A DNA stretch of 64,000 bases from Azolla caroliniana (lineage: Eukaryota; Plantae; Polypodiophyta): positions 15,438,001 to 15,502,000 of the forward strand of contig JBHGNT010000015.1 of NCBI GenBank assembly GCA_043228905.1. The letters run 5' to 3'. Positions 56,063 through 64,000 of this stretch are shown here, piece after piece; position 1 is the stretch's first letter, and every line of letters starts with the position of its first letter. The translations under genes were made by a program, and so were the position numbers. A model generated the notes under the pieces. It had not been told where the DNA came from and ran no database searches. It saw only the letters and a list, made by a program, of their open reading frames with translations.

Positions 56063-59000
56063 TGTTGGGATTTCAGTCCCTGCGGATGGGATCCGGTTGA
56101 GAACTGGGTGAAGGAACTGGATCGGATGGAGCTAGTGAGAACCGGAGGATGGCACACATTTGTAAATATGTTAGAGTAAGCCCACTGAGGCTATATTTGT
56201 AAATAGCCCTAAGGTCATATGAGTATAAATATGACTGAGGGCAATCACAGAGTTGTTGTTATTATTGTTCTAGAGAGAGAGAGAGTAGCTACGAGCACTT
56301 TTTGTTGTAACCGCCGTCTGGTGAAGATTGCGAGCACGAGGTCGTTGCCTCTGTGTTTCCACTTTGTATTTCCTCTCATATAGTGATAGTTCGGAGTCTG
56401 TGGGCTCTCGTGGTTTTTCTCGATTAGGGTTTTCCATGTAAACATCTTGTGTTCTCTATCGTTGTTTTGTGTACGTGCATTCATCATACCTATTTCCCAT
56501 TTCTGTGTTTGGTCCTTCATAGAGTGATTTGAGACTCGGTTGCGACTGAGCAATACTTCTGCACTAGTTCCTGACAAACTGGTATCAGAGCGAACAACAT
56601 AGGAAATGGAAGAGTCGTTCGGCGGCATGTTCAAGCTCACCGGCTCCAACTATTCAGTGTGGGCGTCGAAGATGAGGGACATGTTGGTGGTTAAAGATCT
56701 TTAGTTGCCGGTACAGTTCAGGGACAAGAAACCGGATAAGATCGATGCCGTGACATGGGAGGTGATGCACATGAAGACGACGGCATACATCCGGTGCTTC
56801 ATTGACATGAGCCTATACAACAATTTCAATGAAGAAAGTAAGGCTCATGAACTTTGGGAGAAGATCGACATCATGTTCCAGAACAAAATGCCGTTAATCG
56901 GGTTTTGGTATTTCGGAAGTTAGTGAGGCTCAGGTACCAAGATGGCTCCAGTATGGCGGAGCACATGAATGCCTTTCAGGGGCTAATATACCAAGCCACC
57001 TCGTTGGAAGTACCTCTCGCTCCTGTTCGGTTCCCTCCCGGATAGTTGGGAGACGTTAGTTGTCATGTTGGGCAACACCGGGTTGGAAGGAAAGCAATTG
57101 TCCCTAACAAGGGTAAAATCAAGCTTGCTAGATGAAGAAGCTCACCGAAAGGACCGCGAGTCCGGAACTGATCCGAAGGCCTTGGTTACGGAAGATGACC
57201 ACAACCGGGGAAGAGGCTAGTATCAGAGTCCCCAAAATTGGGACAAATCGGGGACGAGGTCGAAGTCAAGGGGGAGGCCTACTTGCTTCTATCGTGGGAA
57301 GCTGTGGCACTTCCAGAAGAACTGTCAACATTTCTGGAAAGAGAAAGGAACTGATAGTGCCGATTCAAAGAAGGGTTCGGATTGGAAAGGGTCGGATCGG
57401 AAGGGAACGTCGGCAATCCCGACAAGTGAAGAAGAACTGATGCTCATTATCGAGGAGAATGAGTTAAACCTTGTCAGCGATGAGACAACGTGGGTTGTCG
57501 ATTCTGGAGCATTGTTCCATCTGACACCAAACCGGAGATGCTTCTCATCCTACACAACAGGAGATCATGGTTGTGTCCGAATGGGGAATGAAGGGACCTG
57601 CTGAATCATCGCCATAGGAGATGCATTGTTGATGACATCAACCGGGTGCAAGTTGCTGCTGAAGGATGTCTGACACGTTCCGGAGGTTCGGTTGAACCTG
57701 ATATTAGCCGGTCGGCTAGATGATGAAGGTTATAGGGGTAGCATCCGGAACGGAGTTATGAAGTTCAGCAAGGGAAGCTTGATCGTGGTTCGAGCCTGGA
57801 AGATCAACATGCTGTACCTTATGCATGCCCGGATATGCCGGGAAGAAGTGAACATAGCATCCGACACTGCCGGTGAGCTGTGGCACAAGAGACTGTGTCA
57901 TATGAGCCAGAAGGGGATGAGAAGACTTACCGAAGACAACCTCATTCCTGAGGTGAAAGACGTGCATCTTGAGAAGTGCACCGATTGCTTGGTCGACAAG
58001 AAAAACCGAACCTCCTTCCGATCAAGACCACTGATTAGACGGAATGCACCATTGGAGCTGGTGCATACTGATGTGTGTCAAGTGGACACGAAGTCACATG
58101 CCGGATCGTAGTACTTCGTGACGTTCATAGATGACCAAAGCCGGAAGTTGTGGTTCTCATCGTTGAAGACAAAGGATCAGGTGCGCTATCCATCTTCAAG
58201 GAGCTCCACGCGAGAGTGGAAAGAGAAACCAGCCGGAAGTTGAAGGTGGTTCGAGCAGATAACGGAGGATAATACCGGGGGTAGTTCGAGGAGTAATGCC
58301 GGTCGAAGGGAATCGGGCTCGAGTTCACCTTGCCGAAGACACTAAAATTGAACGGGCTGGCCGAACGGATGAACCAAACTGTGATGGAGAGAGTCCAGAG
58401 CATGCTGGCACATGAAAAGCTACCCAAGATGTTTTGGGTTGATGCGCCGATGAAGGAGATGTATGTGATAAACAGATCACCCTCAACACCCTTGGACGAA
58501 GACACACCACTGAGAGTATGGACCGGTAAAGACGTGTCTTACCGACATTTGAAGGTGTTCGGGTGTTTTGCCTATGTGCATGTTGCAAAGGACAAGAGAG
58601 CAAAGTTGGATCCGAAGTCCAAGCCATGCATATTCCTTGGATACGATGATGATGAGTTCGGTTACTAGGTGTGGGATCTGGTCGACAAGAAGGTGTTTCG
58701 GAGCATGGTTGTTTACGTACCCCTATTTAACGTTTAAATACGTATAGTACCTTATCATTTGTATAGTACGTACTATACCTCAATGTTGTTCAGTCAAATA
58801 TCATGCACATTTGTCCAATACGGTATTTAATGTATTTATAAAAAAACAGGTATAATACATATTTATAAAGAAAATGTAAGTAAAACCCTAACAAAAAGCA
58901 AAAGAAAAAAATGATTTTAGTGAAAAAGAAGTCAAAGGAAGGAAGAAAGAAGAATAGAAGAGACGATGATGAAGATGAAGAAGAAGAAGAAGAAGAAGAT

Positions 59001-61505
59001 GAAGAGAGAAAAGAAGACATAAACTTGTCCTGAGTGTGATAATCGCAAAAGATAGAAGAAGAAGAAGAAGAAGAAGAAGAAGAAGAAAACGAAGAAAAGA
59101 GAAACCTATCATGAGTGTGATAATCGTAGACGATTCCTCAATCTATGAAGGCATAATTGTAAATAATTACAATTTGTGAACATCGTGATACACACTTACA
59201 CTGATTTATAGAATAAGGGAATGTCGACATCCATATTACTACAAGTATTTTAGGATGTGAAATATTCAAATGTCTTATATACATTTTAGGATGTAGAACT
59301 ATATTGTACATCACAAAATTGTGTAAACATAGATGTTTTTTACAATATTATAGATATTTTTTAGAAAGGTAAATAATTTTTAAATTCTAGAAGTATTTAA
59401 CGTACTATACGTAAAATACGTAAAATATGTATTTTTTAAGTATTTAACATATTAAGAAAACGTATTTAACGTATTTTTAAATTGGGAGGTACTATATGGG
59501 TATTAATACGTTAAATGCGTATGGTATCCGTACTGTACCTAATGTACCTAACAACCTTGTTCTGGAGTCGGGACATAGTCTTCATGGAAGACAGGACCAT
59601 TGCCGACTAGGAGTCAGAGAAGAAGGTGATGAACTCTAGATCATCCAATGAAGACCGGCTTGAGGACACAAGGACTTACCCGGTTGAAAATCGGATGTTA
59701 GTCGGTAACCGGATGACATTCGACGAACTGGCCGGATTCAGACAAGAAACTGAATCCACCGAAGAAGAAGAAGAAGAAGACATCGGAACCGGACAAGATC
59801 CCGAATTGGATTCGGATGAAGGACAAACGGAGAACCGGTATTCAAAAACCAAGGATGAAGATACCCTCTTAGAGAGAGAAGAGCCCCCTGGAGATTTCTG
59901 GATGTAGAGCACGTATTGCTGACCAATGAGGGGGAGCCAGAAAGCTTCGAAGAAGCAAAGAAAGACACCAACAACCACAAGTGGTTAAGTGCCATGCAGG
60001 ACGAGATAGATTCCCTGCATGAGAACCACACATATGAATTGACGGAGCTGCCAAGGGGAAAGAGAGCACTCTGGAATAAGTGGGTGTACAAGCTGAAACC
60101 GGGAGACGCCGGAAACCCACCGAGGTACAAGGCCTGGATCGTGGTGAAGGATTTCTAGCAGAAGAAAGGTATGGATTTCAACGAGATCTTTGCCCCGGTA
60201 GTAAAGATGGCATCCATCCGGATGGTATTGAGCATAGCTGCAAGGATGGACCTCAAGTTGGAGCAAGTGGACGTCAAGACGACATTGCTACATGGTGACC
60301 TTGAAGAAGAGATCTACATGCATCAACCGGAAGGATTTGAGAGGAAAGGGAAGGAGCACCTTGTATGCCGGCTAAAGAAGAGCTTATACGGATTGAAGCA
60401 AGCCCCCCAGCAATGGTACCAAAAGTTCGACTCCTTCATGACGGATCAAGGGCACCACAAGACACAAGTCGATCACTGTGTGTTTGTGAAGAAATTTGAC
60501 GAAAGAGATTTCCTGATATTGCTCCTGTATGTGGACGACATGTTGATCGTTAGACGAGACTAAGTCAAGGTATGAATGTTGAAGAAGGCCCTAAACCGGA
60601 CTTTCTCTATGAAAGGTTTGGGTCCAGCAAGAAAAATATTTGGGATGCACATAATTTGGAACTGGTCGGAGAAGCTGTTGTGGTTGTCACAGGAAAAGTA
60701 AGTGACAAAGGTGCTTCAAAGGTTCAACATGTCGGAGGTGAAACTGGTCGGATCGACACTTCTGAAAAACTGCAAGTTGTTCGGAAAGCAGAGCCCGAAG
60801 ACAAAGGCAGAGAAGTCGAATATGATGAAGATACCATATGCCTCTACTGTCAGAAGCTTAATGTATGCAATGGTGTGGACCTGGCCGGATATTGCATATG
60901 TTATCGGAGTAGTCAGCCGGTTCATGAGCAACCTGAGAAGAGAGCACTGGAACGCGGTCAAGTGGATACTCCGGTATCTGAAAGGCACCTCGAGTATGTG
61001 CCTCTAGTAAACCCCAACTTGACGGATTCATGGATTCAGATATGTCGATTGATGCGGATACCAGCCGGTCTACATTCGGATATGTCATGACTTATGCAGG
61101 GGGAGCCGTATCATGGAAGTCGAGGCCGCAGAAGTTCATTGCACTATCAATAACGGAAGTGGGGTACATAGTAGCTGTGGAAGTCGATAAGGAAGTAATC
61201 TGGATGAAGGACTTCATTGGAGAGCTAGGGATCCAATAGGAGGAATAGCGGCTCTACTGCGACAGTCAAAGTGCCATCCACCTTGCGAAGAATGCGGCCT
61301 AGCATTCTCGGACCAAGCACATCCAGCGCAGGTACCACTGGATTCAGGAGAGACTAGACGACAAAGACTTCGCGCTGATGAAGGTTCACAGAGAGAAGAA
61401 CGGCTCGGACATGCTGACCAAAGTGCTGACAACCAACAAGCTAGACTCGTACCGAAGCGGATCGGGCTAACGAGACATCCCATGCCGGAGTGAAGGGGGC
61501 AATTT
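56063..61505 (+). mobile_element. Decayed Ty1/copia element F, relative of D (5' LTR 56063-56576, PBS 56580-56591, PPT ~61492-61499, no 3' LTR)
   Basis: Collinear with D through PR/INT/RT/RH (e.g. KLKPGDAGNPPRYKA, LLYVDDML); many premature stops. Confidence 0.92.
58704..59559. mobile_element. Non-autonomous hAT-like DNA transposon (856 bp) inserted in the integrase region of F
   Basis: TIRs CATGGTTGTT.../...AACAACCTTG; 8-bp TSD tttcggag/ttctggag; F coding sequence resumes on both sides; AT-rich with (GAA)n and subterminal TACGTA-type motifs. Confidence 0.8.
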
Positions 61506-62420
61506 AAAATGTGGTAGCTAATTAGCTACTTCGTGAAGTTTAGAAGCTAATTAGCTACTTCGTGAAGTTTAGAAGCTAATTAGCTACTGCCAATCTATAT
61601 TGTAGTAGCTAATTATCTAAGGTTGTAGAAAAGCAGTAGCTAATTAGCTAATTTGTGAAGTGTAGAAGCTAATTAGCTACTGCCAATCTATAGTGTAGTA
61701 GCTAATTAGCTAAGGTTGTAGACAAGCAATAACTAATTAGTTGTAGTAGTTAAAAAGTGGTAGGTAATTAGCTGCTTCGTGAAGTGTAGTAGCTAATTAG
61801 CTACTACTAATCTATAGTGTAGTAGCTAATTAGCTAAGGTTGTAGAAAAGCAGTAGCTAATTAGTTGCATTAGTTAAAAAGTGATAGCTAATTAGCTACT
61901 TCGTGATGTGTAGAAGCTAATTAGCTACTGCCAATCTATAGTGCAATAGCTAATTAGCTAAGCAATATAAAGTGTGGTAGCTAATTAGCTAAGCAGTATA
62001 AAGGGTGGTAACTAATTAGCTGCAATAGTAAAATAGTGGTAGCTAATTAGCTACTTGGTGAAGTGTAGAAGCTAATGAGCTACCACCAATCTACACTGTA
62101 GTAGCTAATCAACTAAGCAATATAAAGTGTGGTAGCTAATTAGCTAAGCAGTATAAAGGGTGGTAACTAATTAGCTGCGTAGTAAAATAGTGGTAGCTAA
62201 TTAGCTACTTGGTGAAGTGTAGAAGCTAATGAGCTACTACCAATCTACACTGTGGTAGCTAATTAGCTAAGGTTGCAGGACAACAATAGTTAATTAGCTA
62301 AGCACACTAATGTGTGGTAGCTAATTAGCTACAATAGTAAACTTTCAAGTTGCTAATTAGCCACTTCCAAGCTAATTAGCTATATCCAAACTATAGTGTG
62401 GTAGCTAATCAACTACAATA
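61506..62420. repeat. Tandem array built on the 14-bp palindrome TAGCTAATTAGCTA
   Basis: Motif recurs about every 25-30 bp with a small set of alternating spacers, forming higher-order units. Confidence 0.92.
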
Positions 62421-63149
62421 AGCAACAATAGTACACCTACATAGTGTGGTAGCTTCATAGAAATAGCTAAACACCCATAGAGAAGTATGGAATAGCTAAA
62501 GAGAAGCTGCTAATTAGATGACACATGTTGTTGTAGAACCTCATGGATTAACTCACACACATGAGGTGTCTGGTCGAGATGATGTTGCAACCGATGAGGA
62601 GATATTTGGCAATGTGGCTGAGAGTAAGAGTCGTGCTATCACATCTCCTTCAGATAAGCTTTACCCTATTCTTCTGGAAGATTGTACTGAATTAGGCAAC
62701 GTTCTGAAAAGTAATGAAATACTCAACCTAGCATGTAAATCTAAGGTTCATAACAATACTGTTTATGAACACTTGATGCAACATTTCTTCGACTCCTAGA
62801 ACCTTGATTCAACCCCACCGAGCCCAATTGTTGATGATGTCCCACTAGATGTCACTCTTCTTGAACAACTAACGCAAGACGTGAACTATGCATAAGAACC
62901 TGTTGACGCTCTAGATAGGTTGTCGGAGGAGGACACCCTTGCAGAATGGGTGAAAGAAGCAAGGCTAAATGGGTAACCTTCAAGAAAAAGGTTGAAGAAG
63001 GGGCCTTGATCGGGGACAAGACCAGTTACTCGGTGAAGGGACTCTTGACTCTATGTTTAGTGGGATCAACTAATTAACTATTTTCCTAGAGAAAATTGTC
63101 AAGGTTTTTATGATCTATTTGGACAAGTAAAACCATTATTGCACAACTG

Positions 63150-63540
63150 GTTACACGTTCGTATTCGGGTGCAGAAAACAAGAGGGCTAGTACATAGACA
63201 GAAAAACATGAAGACAAAGAAAACAAGTACAGAGAGACACCAGATGTTTAACATGAAAACCCAAACTGGGAAAACCACATGGAGTCCAAAAACTCTAAAT
63301 AGATCACTATGGTAGGGAAGAAGTACAATGAGGAACTCGGAGGCAACGACCTCGAGTTCTCCTTCGTCTAACAGACAACTACAGAGTTGCACTCTCACAC
63401 TCTCACTCTTCCTCTCACAGTCACAGAGGCAACTACCTCTACACTCTGTCTATAATAACTAATGATCAACACACATATATCTATAAAGTTTGCCCTAGTT
63501 GTTTTTATACCAAAACAACTTTTAGGTTATTTACAAATAT
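63150..63540 (-). mobile_element. Copia-type LTR fragment
   Basis: On the minus strand: TATA-like sequence, GA-rich tract and the GGTTTTCCC...GGGTTTTC hairpin in the same order as in the D and F LTRs; ends not defined. Confidence 0.5.
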
Positions 63541-63854
63541 GGCCCACAAGGGGCATTTTAGGCTATTTACAATTATAGTCTTCCGAATTGATTTCGGTTC
63601 TCGGTTACTCACCGACTTGGTTCTCAGTTACTCACCGACTCGGTTCTTCTCTTCCCATTCGGAGGGACTTGTTTCTCAAAAAAATCCCCCTTCACTTCGG
63701 TATGGGTCACTTCACCAAAACGACTCTCTGTCGACACGCGTTTAGCTTTTCGACTGACAACACCTTCGTCAACATATCCTATCCATTTTCGACTGTGTGG
63801 ATCTTCACTAGAACAAACTCCTTTTCTTCTACTCGTTCTCAGAGCCAATGATAT

Positions 63855-64000
63855 TGTTGAGATACAGGCTCAACATTAGCCAGATCGGTGCGTAAACCGG
63901 GTGTGTAAACTGGTGCGCAACGAGAAGCCGTAGCAGTGCGTAAACCGCAAGGCCGTTGGAAAGATATTCCGTGTAGGAATATATTTTGGGAGTTAGTGTA
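63855..64000 (+). mobile_element. Start of an LTR of the C family (runs off the window)
   Basis: tgttgagatacaggctca...ggaaagatattccg...ggaatatattttgggagttagtgta matches the reverse complement of LTR C (~7579-7771). Confidence 0.8.

Noticed and set aside
61506-62420. CRISPR-like look of palindromic repeats with spacers
   Set aside because: Spacers are short and themselves repeated, there are no cas genes, and the context is eukaryotic.
62518-63050. Coding-like decayed sequence after the palindrome array
   Set aside because: Interrupted by stops and has no recognisable motif; possibly a TE relic but unsupported.

Overview
Land-plant nuclear DNA, probably a non-seed plant such as a fern (inference from element style; not provable here), dominated by nested LTR retrotransposons. 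Left to right: the last exons of an ADP-glucose pyrophosphorylase large-subunit pseudogene (-); three decayed Copia elements of one family nested in each other (A, B, C; -); a young Copia D (+; apparently identical 602-bp LTRs, AATCA TSD, one in-frame TGA); an intact-ORF Copia E (-). E's 5' LTR is cut just before its TATA palindrome and fused by microhomology to a head-to-tail array of about 2.3 apparently identical compact Tat-like Ty3/gypsy units (6258-bp period, shared 749-bp LTRs, degenerate RNase H plus an extra RNase H). Directly right of the array lies an intron-split relic of an N4/N6-type DNA methyltransferase. Then come an L1 LINE 3' end, a decayed Copia G carrying a solo LTR, a probable host gene for a small secreted CLE-like peptide (46.2-46.6 kb, -), AT-rich repeats, and a decayed Copia F (with a hAT-type insertion and no 3' LTR) sitting in a TAGCTAATTAGCTA palindromic array. 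ENE-like U-rich hairpins recur in both Copia LTRs and the Gypsy 3' UTR. All alignments were done by eye.
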